From: an uncultured Actinomycetota bacterium
GTDB taxonomy: Bacteria > Actinomycetota > Actinomycetes > Propionibacteriales > DAIQRJ01
DNA length: 64,000 bases
Reading direction: 5' to 3'
Assembly: GCA_963724495.1 (NCBI GenBank)
Contig: CAVRUZ010000009.1
Span: forward strand, 1,673 to 65,672
The translations under genes were made by a program, and so were the position numbers. This document shows, piece by piece, positions 8,701 to 21,972 of this stretch (position 1 is the stretch's first letter; each line of letters begins with the position of its first letter). The notes beneath the pieces are model-generated. The model made no database searches. It was given only the letters and a program-made list of their open reading frames with translations, and had not been told where the DNA came from.

Positions 8701-11266
8701 TCAGCCGAGGTTGCGCTCGTTCGCGGCCTCGAGGACCGCATTGATCTTGCGCCGGACCTGTCGCGACAGGCCGGGGCTCACGGCGAGCAGACCGTCCAGG
8801 GTCTGGTCGTCCTCGGCGGTCGCGAACGACATGCCTGCGTCCACGTCCCGAAACACGGTCTCGAGCTCTGCCCAGGTGACGCGATCCCGTCGCAGCTCGT
8901 CGAACGGCGTTTGCAGGTCGAAGTTCTCGAACTGTGCGTCCGGCTCAACCGCGACGTAGTCGAAGTGATGCTGGCCGCCATCGACCGTCTGGCGCGTGCC
9001 ACCGTCGGCCTCAGAGTCGCCGTGCAGCGGCAGGGTGACGTCGGCCTCCACACCCTCGGGGACGGTCACGTCCAGAGTGATGCGCTCACCGGTGCGACGC
9101 CACTCCACGGCGGCATAGCCGTGAGGCGTCTCCAGTGATGCCGACGCGTGGGTGATCCCGCCGCCCGGCTGCGGCGCGATCGCGAGACGCGCATAGCCAG
9201 GCTCGGCCGGCGCGAGGCCCGCAACCACACGGTGAACCCAGTCGATGACCGCACCGAGCGCGTAGTGGTTGAACGACGTCATCGAACCAGGGTTGATCGT
9301 TCCGTCCGGGCGCATGGAGTCCCAGCGCTCCCAGATCGTGGTGGCACCCATCGTCACCGGGTACAGGAACGACGGGCACTCGGTCTGGAGCAACATCGCG
9401 TAGGCGTCGCGCATGTGTCCGGTGGACGACAACGCGTCGGCGACCAACGGCGTTCCGGCGAAGCCCGTCGAGATGCGGTGGCCGGCCTTGCGGACCAGCT
9501 TGGTGAGCGCCTTGCCCGCCCGGTCCCGCTGCTCGTCATTGAGCAGGTCGAACTGGATCGCGAGCGCATACGCGGTTGCCGACTCGTTGACGAGGCGACC
9601 CGACGGCGCCACGTACTCCCGCTGGAAGGCCGCACGCACCGTGTCGGACAGCTGCGCGTAGCGCTTCGCATCCTCAGTCTTCCCGAGGATCTCGGCAGTC
9701 CGCGACAGGGTTCGCGAAGCGTGCGCGAAGTAGGCCGTGGCGAGCAGGTGCGGGTCGGTCTTGCCGTCGGCGGCTCGGTCCGGTGGAGCGTCCGGGTCGA
9801 GCCAGTCACCGAACTGGAACCCCGTGTCCCACAAGCCGTCGTGCAGCTTTCCCGCCACGCGGTCGACATACGCGGTCGCCGACGCGTAGTTGTCGGCGAG
9901 CACCTGCTCGTCCCCGTAGGCGATGTAGAGCGTCCACGGCAGCAGCACACTGACATCGCCCCATAGGGCCGTGTCGATGTTGGAGGCAAGGACATCCGGC
10001 ACCACGAGCGGCACGAAGCCCGTGTCCAGATGCTCGGCGGACAGGTCCTCGAGCCAGTTGCCGAGCACCTGCCGCACGTCGTACAGGTAGGCGGCCGAGG
10101 GGCCGAAGGCGTTGATGTCGCCGGTCCAGCCCAGGCGTTCGTCGCGCTGTGGGCAGTCGGTCGGAACGCTGACGAAGTTGCCCCGCATGCCCCAGACCGT
10201 GTTGCGGTGCAGCTGATTCAGCAGGTCGTGTGAGCTGTCGAACGTGCCGGTGCGCCGCATGTCGCTGTGCACCACCACCGCGGTGAATGCGGCGGGGTCG
10301 AGCGTGCCGGGCCAGTCATCCACTTGCACGTAACGGAAGCCGTGGAAGGTGAACCGCGGCTCCCACGACTGTTCGCCGTCGCGCAGCGTGTAGTGATCGG
10401 TCTGCTTGGCCGTTCTCAGCGGACGGGTTCCGAGCTCGCCGTGCTCCATCACCTCGGCGTGAGTCAGCGTGACGGTCGAGCCCGCCTGGCCCGTCACCGT
10501 GAACCGGACCCAGCCGACGAGGTTCTGGCCGAAGTCCAGCACGGTCTTGCCGGACGGCGTGGTGATGACCTCACGCACGGCCAGCTCTTCGGTCCGACGG
10601 ACCGGCTCGAGGTCGCCGGCCGAGAGCAGCTTGGACAGGTCCCAGTCCACTGCGGTGACGGGTCCCCAGGCAGTGTCGTCGAACCCGGGTTCGGACCAGC
10701 CGGGAATCTCCTTGCGGGCGTCGTAGTCCTCGCCGTCGTAGATGCTGTTCGCGGTCACCGGACCATCGGTGGACACGCGCCAACTGCCGTCGGTGCCCAC
10801 CAGCACCGTCTCGCCCGGACTCCAGCGTGATCTCCAACTGGGCCAGCAGACCCGCATTCTCGGCGAAGTGGTGGGTGCTGCGCTTGTCCTTGTTCCACGC
10901 GAGCCGGGTGCGCGCCCAGCCGTCGCCCACGTAAGCGCCGAGCGTGTTGTCCCCGTCGCGCACCAGCGCGGTGACGTCGTGGCTGCGGTAGTGCAGCCGG
11001 TGCCGGTAGCTCGTCCATCCCGGCGCGAGCACCTCATCGCCTACGCGCACTCCGTTGACGAATGCTTCGTAGATACCCAGGGCGGTCACGTGCAGCACGG
11101 CCTTCTCGACGCCGCCCGGGGCGGTGAAGTCCTTGCGGAACAGCACGGCTGCCTTGCCGTGCACAGCCGACTCGTCGACCGGTGCGATGAAGCCCGCGGT
11201 CCAGGTGGGCTGTGCGGTCACGGCTGAAACGTCGGTGCTGGTGGTCGCCTCTGCGGTGGTGGTCAT
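8701..11266 (-). pseudogene. Alpha-L-rhamnosidase (GH78) with one frameshift near 10815
   Basis: The motif PTDCPQRDERLGWTGD is present. The N-terminal part (ALGIYEAFVNGVRVGDEVLAPGWTSY) is in a different frame from the rest. The start is either ATG 11266 or ATG 11344. Confidence 0.8.
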
Positions 11267-11361
11267 CTCGCCAGTCAAGCCCGATGCCTGCGCGCTCGCG
11301 CCTGGCCTGCCGGAATCGGACGGACCTGTGCCGGGTCCGGACATGCCGTCGGTCGGCTGGC

Positions 11362-12669
11362 TCAGCGGCCTCGGGACATCCGCAGGAGAACGGCGGCGCC
11401 AGGCCTCAACCCGAACCGGACGCTGTTCCGGCCGGCCGTCACCTGCCCGGGCACCGGCCGGTACTCCTCGTCAGCGGGATCGAACCTCGCCACCCGATGC
11501 ACTCCGGCTCCGAAGCGCACGGTGACCGACGCCGCCCGGTCGTGCCGCTCGTTCACCACCAACGACCATCGGCGGTCGCGCCGAAGGCGGGAGGTGAACG
11601 ACCCGACGATCACCGGGCTGCCCTCGACCGCGCCGATCCAGCCGTCGGGCCGGAACTCCTCGTCGCCCGACCTGCCGTCTGTGTGCCGGACCGACTCGGA
11701 GCGCATCATCGCGAGCTCATCGCCGACAGGTTGCAGCCACTGCCGGTTCACGGACTTGACGGCACCCAGGGACTCGTCGGTGACCTCACCGGCGAAGGTC
11801 ACGGACGTCGCCCCGTAGGCGAGCGCCACGTTGGCCCGCCACAGCAGCTCACGCAACGCGATCGCCTGACCGTCTGCGCCAGCCGCCGGCAGGGTGCCCC
11901 AGAGCGGTACGGCCCGACGTCGAGCATCCGCACGTGCCGTTGCCCAGTTGGCGAAGGCGGCGTGGTCTTCGCCGTCGGCCTGGGCAGGGACATGCCCGGC
12001 AGACACGACGGGAACGCTGACCTGGCTGAACTGCTGGAGGTAGTCGGCAAAGTCTGCAGCTCGCAAACGCCCGGGTGCCGTGTCCGTAGGCATCAGCCCG
12101 ATGAGCGACAGATGTTCGGGAGCCTGACTCCGCAGAAGGTCGACCAGATACGCCTGGCGGCCGAACACGTCTGCGTGTGTCTCGTCGTCGAGGTGGAAGC
12201 CCACCACGGCCGGGTGTGCGACGAACGGTTCGATCGCCTCGGCCACGAGACCCGGCCACTCGGTCCTCGGCGGGAGTGCGGCCCCTCGCAGGGTCGCGAG
12301 CCGGGTGAGCTCGGGGCTTCTGGCGATGCAGCGGAGCTTGAACTGGTGAGCGAGATCCAACACCTGAGTGCTGGCCACGTCGCCGTCCGTACCCGCCGAC
12401 AGGAGCAGGTTGAAGCCACTGTCGGCGATGGCGCCGAACCGCTCAGCACAGATGCCGGTCGAACGCGTCCAGTGGATGCCGATGCCGAACCGGCCGTTGC
12501 GGAGGTACTTCGGTAGCTGGCGACCAGCGGCATCGACACGGCCGTCGGCGACGAGTGGGAGCGCGGCGCCGGCGGCACCGGCCGTCGCAGCCTGCAGCAG
12601 TCGGCGTCGGGTTAGCCCCGTCGCCTCCAGCTGGGCGGGCACCTCGCGTGCCCCCGCGTCCCTCGCCAT
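11362..12669 (-). CDS. Tat-signal secreted hypothetical protein (possibly glycoside-hydrolase-like)
   Basis: There is a twin-arginine motif (TRRRLLQAATAGAAGAALP). The ORF is long and intact with high GC3. I recognised no catalytic motif. Confidence 0.5.
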   Translation of the reverse strand: MARDAGAREVPAQLEATGLTRRRLLQAATAGAAGAALPLVADGRVDAAGRQLPKYLRNGRFGIGIHWTRSTGICAERFGAIADSGFNLLLSAGTDGDVASTQVLDLAHQFKLRCIARSPELTRLATLRGAALPPRTEWPGLVAEAIEPFVAHPAVVGFHLDDETHADVFGRQAYLVDLLRSQAPEHLSLIGLMPTDTAPGRLRAADFADYLQQFSQVSVPVVSAGHVPAQADGEDHAAFANWATARADARRRAVPLWGTLPAAGADGQAIALRELLWRANVALAYGATSVTFAGEVTDESLGAVKSVNRQWLQPVGDELAMMRSESVRHTDGRSGDEEFRPDGWIGAVEGSPVIVGSFTSRLRRDRRWSLVVNERHDRAASVTVRFGAGVHRVARFDPADEEYRPVPGQVTAGRNSVRFGLRPGAAVLLRMSRGR

Positions 12670-12830
12670 GCCTGACCCCTTCGTCAGTGAGCAGTCTTTT
12701 CAGTATCCGACGCAGCTCCGCGATCTCCCAACCGGCAGCAGTGATCGAGACCGAGACGGCGCAGGTGCCGCCGAATCGTTACCCGAAACAGCGCCGAGCT
12801 CCTGGCACGGGCACTGGCAGGATCGCCGAC

Positions 12831-13307
12831 GTGGATGAACCGGAGTCGTGTTACGCGTGCCAGACCAGTCGTTCTCCATCGCTACCCGTGCGGGAAGAGG
12901 TGTATCGCAGCGACGACTGGCGGGTCGCTCACGCGTTCGACACGAGCCTGCCCGGATGGCTCATCGTGCTGCCGATTCGGCACCTGTCGTCGATGGGTCA
13001 GCTGACTCCCAGCGCTGCCGAGGAACTCGGGCGCCTGTTGCGGGCGTTGTCGCTCGTCCTCGAACGCCGGCTCGGCGCGACCAAGGCGTACGTGATGTTC
13101 TTCGCCGAGGCGGAAGGGTTCGCGCACCTGCACGTGCATGTCGTGCCGCGCATGCCCGACCAGCCTGCGACCGAACGCGGACCGAGCATCTTCGCCAGGC
13201 TCGGCGGACCAGACCAGTTGTCCACCGACGAACGCGATCGTGTGAGTGCAGACCTGCGGGACGCCCTCACCGAGACACTTCGAGACTCCGACTCCGAGCC
13301 ATCCTGA
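12831..13307 (+). CDS. HIT family protein
   Basis: The histidine triad HLHVHVV is present. The start was chosen at GTG 12831. Confidence 0.75.
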   Translation: MDEPESCYACQTSRSPSLPVREEVYRSDDWRVAHAFDTSLPGWLIVLPIRHLSSMGQLTPSAAEELGRLLRALSLVLERRLGATKAYVMFFAEAEGFAHLHVHVVPRMPDQPATERGPSIFARLGGPDQLSTDERDRVSADLRDALTETLRDSDSEPS

Positions 13308-13362
13308 ACGGTCTTGCGGCGCGTGCACACGCGTGAGCCGTGCGCGTGGCAACAATGGAGCA

Positions 13363-14355
13363 ATGCTCAGCGACCAGTGCTCCCTCTCCAGCCTGGTCTG
13401 GCGCGGCAACGACCCCGACGCCGGCCCGATTCCGTTCGACCGGATCTCCGATGCGCTCGAGGACAAGGAATCGCTGGTGTGGGTCGACCTGGTGAACCCC
13501 ACCGACGACGACATGCGCAGGCTGGGCGAAGAGCTTGGTATCGGCGCGGCAGCGCTGGAGGATGCGACCGCACCGCACGAGCGCCCGAAGGTGACCCGCC
13601 ATGGGTCGCACCTGTTCTTCACGACCTACGCCACCACGCTGTCGTCCGCGGTCGACGACACAGACCTGGTGCTCAGCCGGGTCTCGGGATTCCTGATGGA
13701 GGGCGGACTCATCACTGTCCGCCTCGACGAGACCTTCGACATGGCACCAGTCACCGAGGGCTGGCAGGACAACGCCGATCTCATGCCGTTCGGTTCGGGC
13801 GCGCTGATGCATGGACTCCTCGATGTGATCGTCGACGGTCACTTCGAGGCGATCCAGCGGCTCGATGACGCCATCGAGGAGATGGAGGACACGCTGTTCG
13901 AGGAGGGCCGCACCGGCCCTTCCTTCCAGCGAAGGGTTTACCAGCTGCGCAAGCGGCTCGTGCAACTGCGGCGGGTGGTGCTGCCGATGCGTGAGGTCGT
14001 GAACGGCCTGCTGCGTCACCGCACGGCAACCAACGACGAACTCGACGCCCTGTATGACGATCTGTACGACCACGTGCTCCGTGCAGCCGAGTGGACGGAA
14101 TCGGTCCGGGACATGGTGGCGACCGTGTTCGAGACCAACCTGTCGCTGCAGAACGCGCGGTTGAACACGGTGATGAAGAAGCTGGCCGGCTGGGCCGCGA
14201 TCATCGCGGTTCCGACCGCCATCACCGGCTGGTTCGGCCAGAACATTCCGTTTCCCGGAGTCGGCTCGCACGTCGGTCTGGTGCAGAGCATCATCCTGAT
14301 CGTGGCGCTCTCCTCCGGGCTGTACGTCGTCCTGCGCCGCCACGACTGGATCTAG
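13363..14355 (+). CDS. corA: CorA-family magnesium/cobalt transporter
   Basis: There are two C-terminal TM helices with a GWFGQN motif in the GMN position, preceded by the typical soluble N-terminal domain. Confidence 0.8.
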   Translation: MLSDQCSLSSLVWRGNDPDAGPIPFDRISDALEDKESLVWVDLVNPTDDDMRRLGEELGIGAAALEDATAPHERPKVTRHGSHLFFTTYATTLSSAVDDTDLVLSRVSGFLMEGGLITVRLDETFDMAPVTEGWQDNADLMPFGSGALMHGLLDVIVDGHFEAIQRLDDAIEEMEDTLFEEGRTGPSFQRRVYQLRKRLVQLRRVVLPMREVVNGLLRHRTATNDELDALYDDLYDHVLRAAEWTESVRDMVATVFETNLSLQNARLNTVMKKLAGWAAIIAVPTAITGWFGQNIPFPGVGSHVGLVQSIILIVALSSGLYVVLRRHDWI

Positions 14356-15602
14356 CCGACAACCGCCCGGGCCGCGTCACGGGCGATATCAGTGCGGTAC
14401 TGCGCTCCGCGCATCCGCACATGCGTGACTCCGGCGTAGACCTTTTCCCGTGCCTGTGCGAGAGAATCTGCGCTGGATGTCAGTGCGAGTACACGCCCGC
14501 CGGCCGACACGAGCGTGCCGTCCTCGGTTCGTCGAGTCCCCGCATGCAGGACGCGCACGCCATCGGGCAGGTCGTCCAGGCCTTCGATGGGGTCTCCGGC
14601 GACCGGACTCGTGGGGTATCCCTCGCTGGCCACCACCACGCACACCGAGGCGCCGTCGCGCCATTGCAGGTCGGGGAACGCGGACAGAGACCCGGTGGCG
14701 GCCGCCGCCAGCAGTTCCGCAAGCGGCGACTCCAGTAGCTCGAGGACGACCTCCCCGTCGGGATCACCGAGGCGGACGTTGAACTCCACGACTTTCGGGC
14801 CCTCCGACGTGAGCGCCAGGCCCACGTACAGCAAGCCGGAGAAGGGGATTCCCCGGACGCGCATCTCGGCCAGGGTGGGTTCGACCACCGCGGCCTGCAG
14901 GCGCACCACCAGGTCGTCGGCGGCCCACGGGAGCGGCGCGTAGGCGCCCATGCCACCGGTGTTCGGTCCCGTGTCGTCGTCGCCGATCCGCTTGAAGTCC
15001 TGTGCCGGCAGAAGGGGAACGGCCGTCTCGCCGTCGCACACCACGAAGAGCGACACCTCGGGACCGTCGAGGTACTCCTCGATCACGACGACTCCGCTGG
15101 CTGCGGCATGTGCCTCCGCGGCTGCCCGGTCTTCCGTGACGACGACGCCCTTACCCGCTGCGAGTCCGTCCTGCTTCACCACGTACGGCGGACCGAACAG
15201 GTCGAGAGCCGCAGCCACCTCGATGGGATGCGTGCACGTTCGTGAGCGCGCAGTGGGCACGCCGGCCGAATCCATTACCTGCTTGGCGAATGCCTTCGAT
15301 CCCTCCAGCGCCGCGGCGGCGCGAGATGGGCCGAACACGGTGAAGCCGTCGTCGGTCAGCACGTCCGAGATGCCCGCGACCAGCGGCGCCTCGGGTCCCA
15401 CCACGACCAGGTCAGGCACGATCTCGCGGGCCAGTTCGAGGACGGCAACGGGATCAGTGGCGTCCACCGCGTGGCAGGTGGCATCTTCGGCGATTCCGGC
15501 GTTGCCGGGAGCCGCGTGCACGGCGGTGACGACCGGATCGCGAAGCAGGCCTCGCACGAAGGCATGCTCACGAGCACCGGAACCGAGCACGAGAACGATC
15601 AT
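14352..15602 (-). CDS. purD: Phosphoribosylamine--glycine ligase
   Basis: The protein starts MIVLVLGSGAREHA and has an ATP-grasp core ending GPNTGGMGAY. The length is about 416 aa. Confidence 0.9.
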   Translation of the reverse strand: MIVLVLGSGAREHAFVRGLLRDPVVTAVHAAPGNAGIAEDATCHAVDATDPVAVLELAREIVPDLVVVGPEAPLVAGISDVLTDDGFTVFGPSRAAAALEGSKAFAKQVMDSAGVPTARSRTCTHPIEVAAALDLFGPPYVVKQDGLAAGKGVVVTEDRAAAEAHAAASGVVVIEEYLDGPEVSLFVVCDGETAVPLLPAQDFKRIGDDDTGPNTGGMGAYAPLPWAADDLVVRLQAAVVEPTLAEMRVRGIPFSGLLYVGLALTSEGPKVVEFNVRLGDPDGEVVLELLESPLAELLAAAATGSLSAFPDLQWRDGASVCVVVASEGYPTSPVAGDPIEGLDDLPDGVRVLHAGTRRTEDGTLVSAGGRVLALTSSADSLAQAREKVYAGVTHVRMRGAQYRTDIARDAARAVVG

Positions 15603-15618
15603 CGGCAGACTCCCGTTG

Positions 15619-17320
<1,702 letters not shown>

Positions 17321-17354
17321 GGCAACCCCTCCGGGGCGTCGGGCCTGCAGGTGG

Positions 17355-18392
<1,038 letters not shown>

Positions 18393-18491
18393 CTCGAATC
18401 GCTGACGCGGCCGGCTCGACCCGGTCGGACGGCCAGCGGAAGTATTCCAGTCCCGACGTCTCGCGCGCGGGCCGGACCGCAGCGCGAACGG

Positions 18492-19271
18492 TCAGAGCGA
18501 CGACGCGGGCGGGCGGGTGTCGCCGGTCCCCTGCCTGGGCGGGGTCTCGGTGTGCGGCTCCGCCTCCGGCAGGTCGCCGAAGCCGGGCACCGGATTGTCC
18601 TGCTCGGCGGCGTGCAGTTGCGGTGTCGGGGTGCCGCTTGCGGCTGGTACCTGGTCCGGCGGGTACTCCCGTACGGGCTGGGATCCATATGCGTCGGTGT
18701 CGAAGGAGACCTGCGGCATGTCCCGGGCCTGCTCGTCGTGGATGTCGAAGTACTCGGCCGGTTGGTGGTGGAAGGCGCCACCGATCACCGACGAAGGGAA
18801 CGTACCTAGCCGGGTGTTGTAGGCCCGGACGTTGGCGTTGTAGAACCGCCGGCCGGCGGCGATGCGGTCCTCGGTGTCGGCGAGGGTCTGCTGCAGCTGC
18901 AGGAAGTTCTGGTTCGACTGCAGCTGTGGGTAGGCCTCCACCTGCACCATCAACTGATGCAGCTGACCGGAGATCGCCTCCTCGGTCTGGGCCCGCTCGG
19001 CACTCGGCCCGGACGGACCGCTCACCGCCTGGGTACGGAGGCGGGACAGCTCCGTGAGCACCTGCCGCTCCTGCGAGGCGTAGCCCTTGACCGTTTCGAC
19101 CAGCTGCGGGATCAGGTCGTAGCGGCGGCGCAGTTCCACGTCGATCTGCCGCCAGGACTCCTCGATGACGTTGCGCTGGCTGACGAAGCGGTTGAACATC
19201 GTGATCACGCTGATCCCGAGGATCAGGACGAGCGCCAGCACGATCACCATGAACACGACGAAGGCAGTCAT
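18492..19271 (-). CDS. LemA family membrane protein with a Pro-rich C-terminal extension
   Basis: There is an N-terminal TM helix followed by the LemA core NRFVSQRNVIEESWRQIDVELRRRYDLIP. The RBS GGGAGGG lies before ATG 19271. Confidence 0.8.
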   Translation of the reverse strand: MTAFVVFMVIVLALVLILGISVITMFNRFVSQRNVIEESWRQIDVELRRRYDLIPQLVETVKGYASQERQVLTELSRLRTQAVSGPSGPSAERAQTEEAISGQLHQLMVQVEAYPQLQSNQNFLQLQQTLADTEDRIAAGRRFYNANVRAYNTRLGTFPSSVIGGAFHHQPAEYFDIHDEQARDMPQVSFDTDAYGSQPVREYPPDQVPAASGTPTPQLHAAEQDNPVPGFGDLPEAEPHTETPPRQGTGDTRPPASSL

Positions 19272-19346
19272 TCGCCCTCCCATTCAGTCCGGTCGGTGGG
19301 CGTCAGGTCGGAGCCACTCTAGGTGGGATGGCTCGCACCACCTGCG

Positions 19347-19428
19347 ACGCGCTACATGCAGCAGCAGCCGGCATACCGGGACAGGTGGCTACGAAAGGGA
19401 CGCGTGGAGCGCCCGTTTGCATGTCTTG
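19347..19428 (-). repeat. Diverged copy (F) of the CATGCA/CGGACATGTCCG intergenic repeat family
   Basis: The reverse complement reads ACATGCAAACGG...CCTGTCCCGGTATGCC...GGCTGCTGCTGCATGTAGCGCG, and its modules align to copies A and B. Confidence 0.4.
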
Positions 19429-19452
19429 TGGCAACGACGTGGCAGGCGACCG

Positions 19453-20163
19453 TCAGCTGCCGTAGTCCTTGAGCACCCAGGCGGGGATCAGGGCGGCGAC
19501 TGCGGCGAGGAAGTCCCATCTCGCGGTGATGTCCTCGGGCTGCGGGCGCTGGGACATCGCGTTGTACAGGATGCGGCCGTTGATCCGGGTGACGCCGGTC
19601 TGGCCGGCCAGCATCAGCTCCATCATCCGCGTGGGCATCAGAGCGGAGCCGTAGCGCTCGTCAGCCGCCTTGTACCGGAACCGGCGGTTGAAGTCGTCAC
19701 TCTCGAGCTGGACGTCGTCGAAGCCAAAGGCGTCAGCCACCTTGCCGCCGAAGATGCCCTCGTCCTCGATCGTCATCGACGGCAGTGCCGTGGGTAGCCA
19801 GAGCGCGCAGATCTGCCAGCGGTAAGTCGTCGTCGAGCTGGACTTCCCGCTGCTGGTGGTCTCTTTGTAGATGTAGGTGAAGCCGAGAACCGGAGCCCCG
19901 TTGAGCGTGCCACTCAGGACGTGTGTCGCGCTGCGGCTGTGGCCCCTCCCGAACGGGCTGTCGTTGCCGAACTGCTTGTACAGCTCGTCGTCGACCTTGG
20001 GTTGGTACGTCAGCCCATGGTTGGCCGCGAACGCTGTGTAGAGCGCCTGCCGCTTGCGCTCCTGCCTCGCCGAGAGGACGACTCCTGCGACCACCGCCGC
20101 GATCCCGAGCGTGAGGAAGATGACGAAGGCGTTGTCGACCAATCCGAACATCGCGCTGTCCAT
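19453..20163 (-). CDS. DUF3137-like membrane protein (the usual LemA partner)
   Basis: There is an N-terminal TM helix, the gene is adjacent to lemA, and the RBS GGAGGA lies before ATG 20163. Confidence 0.6.
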   Translation of the reverse strand: MDSAMFGLVDNAFVIFLTLGIAAVVAGVVLSARQERKRQALYTAFAANHGLTYQPKVDDELYKQFGNDSPFGRGHSRSATHVLSGTLNGAPVLGFTYIYKETTSSGKSSSTTTYRWQICALWLPTALPSMTIEDEGIFGGKVADAFGFDDVQLESDDFNRRFRYKAADERYGSALMPTRMMELMLAGQTGVTRINGRILYNAMSQRPQPEDITARWDFLAAVAALIPAWVLKDYGS

Positions 20164-20222
20164 TGATCCTCCGCTGGTCGGGCCGTCCCGAGCGGGCCAA
20201 CGATTGCTGGCACGATGTCGCC

Positions 20223-21305
20223 ATGTCCTCCGATGTTCCCCCATCGCGCGTCGAGGCGGCCGAACCCGGCCCTACCCAGATGTCGGTGGAGGTCGCCGAG
20301 CAACCCGAGGCAGTGGCCCGCACGCTGGCCCACCTCCGCCCGAGAAGGGCCGACCTCGCCCGGTTGGCGGAGGGTCGGCGCCGGGTGCTGCTGGTGGCGC
20401 GCGGGTCGTCGGACAACGCCGCTGTCTACGGCCGTTATCTGCTGGAGACGCATGCCGGCTGGAGTGCAGCGCTCGCCGCTCCCAGCGTGGCGACGCTCTA
20501 CCAGGCCGAGCTGGACCTGAGCGACGCCATCGTGGTGTCGGTGTCGCAGTCGGGCGCTACCGAGGAGATCGTCGAGGCCCAGGCATGGGCGACCCGGCAC
20601 GGCGCCGCCACCGTCGCGGTCACCAATGACGGCGACAGCCCCTTGGCCTCCACCGCGAATGTCGCTCTGGTCACGCAGGCAGGCGTGGAGCGGGCCGTCC
20701 CCGCCACGAAGACCTACACGACCCAGCTCACCGCGATGGCCGTGCTCGCCTCTGCGCTGGCCAGTGACACGGAAGTCCTCGACGAGCCGCTCGACCGGGT
20801 GCCGGCCGAGATCGCGGGCCTCATCGAACACCGGGCGGGCATCGACGAGGCGGTCGACCGGCTCGCCCAGGCCGCCGAGGTGCTGGTCTCCGGCCGCGGC
20901 CTGGTGTTCGGCACCGCGCTCGAGATCGCCCTCAAGCTGGAGGAGACGTGCCTGCGGCCGGTGCGGGGGCTCTCGTACGCCGACCTGCGCCATGGACCGA
21001 TGGCCGTGGTCGACGCCGAGCTCGTGGCGGTGCTGGTGGCGGCTGCCGACGGGCCGATCCTGCCGGGCATGCACGACCTGGCCGACGATGTCGCCGCTCG
21101 CGGCTCGGTGACCATCGGCATCGGGGGCGACACGACGTTCGCGGCGAAGTGTGGAGTGGCTGTGGCCGGACCAGACCTCCCCGAGACCGTCGCTCCCCTG
21201 GCCCTCGTGGTTCCCGGCCAGTTGATCGTCGAACAACTGGCGCGCCGGCTCGGGCTCGACCCCGATGCCCCGCGCGGCCTGAAGAAGATCACCCAGACCG
21301 ACTGA
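20223..21305 (+). CDS. SIS-domain sugar-phosphate isomerase/aminotransferase-like protein (GlmS isomerase-domain family)
   Basis: Two SIS repeats are present (ARGSSDNAA, VSQSGATEE, RGLVFGTALEIALKLEE). An alternative start is ATG 20280. Confidence 0.75.
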   Translation: MSSDVPPSRVEAAEPGPTQMSVEVAEQPEAVARTLAHLRPRRADLARLAEGRRRVLLVARGSSDNAAVYGRYLLETHAGWSAALAAPSVATLYQAELDLSDAIVVSVSQSGATEEIVEAQAWATRHGAATVAVTNDGDSPLASTANVALVTQAGVERAVPATKTYTTQLTAMAVLASALASDTEVLDEPLDRVPAEIAGLIEHRAGIDEAVDRLAQAAEVLVSGRGLVFGTALEIALKLEETCLRPVRGLSYADLRHGPMAVVDAELVAVLVAAADGPILPGMHDLADDVAARGSVTIGIGGDTTFAAKCGVAVAGPDLPETVAPLALVVPGQLIVEQLARRLGLDPDAPRGLKKITQTD

Positions 21306-21328
21306 AGCCGCCTGACTTGCCCAGAGCC

Positions 21329-21959
21329 TCAGACGGCCTGCCCGAAGACGTGCGCTCGCACCCAGGCGTGCATGGCGATGGCCGCTGCCGCTCCCACGTT
21401 GATCGAACGGGTTGATCCCACCTGTGAGATCGCGAGCACGGCGGTGCACGCCGACAACATCGCCGTCGACAGCCCTTCGCCTTCGGTGCCGAACACGAGC
21501 AGGCAGTCGCGCGGGAGGGTGAACGTCTCCAGGGGGACCGACCCTTCGGTGTTGTCGATCCCGATGACCGTCAGGCCGGTGGCACTCGCATGGTCGAGCA
21601 GGCCAGCCGGATCCTCGTGGTGACTGATGTCGAGGTAGCGGTCGGTGACCATCGCGCCGCGCCGATTCCACCGCCGTCGGCCCACCACGTGCACCGCAGT
21701 CGACGTTGAAGGCGTTGGCGGTACGCACCACCGAGCCGATGTTGAAGTCGTGGCCGAGGTTCTCCACGGCCACCTCGAGCCGCACCCGCTGGGTGGCGAG
21801 TTCGGCGACGATCGCCTCGGTGCGCCAGTAGCGGAAGCGGTCGGCGACGTTGCGCCGATCGCCGTCGGCCAGCAGGACGGGGTCAAGCCACGGATCGTCT
21901 GGCAGCGGGCCGCGCCAGGGCCCGACGCCCACGCTCGAGGCGTCCCGATCGCTGCTCAC
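21329..21959 (-). pseudogene. SpoU/TrmH-family RNA 2'-O-methyltransferase with one frameshift near 21700
   Basis: The N-terminal part (ENLGHDFNIGSVVRTANAFNV) and the C-terminal part (LLVFGTEGEGLS...SINVGAAAAIAMHAW) lie in different frames. GTG 21959 is preceded by GGAGG. Confidence 0.7.
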
Positions 21960-21972
21960 CCGGTAGCCTCCA

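Noticed and set aside
11470-11500. GGGATCGAACC, a string resembling a tRNA T-arm.
   Set aside because: It lies inside the 11362-12669 CDS, and no cloverleaf can be drawn around it.
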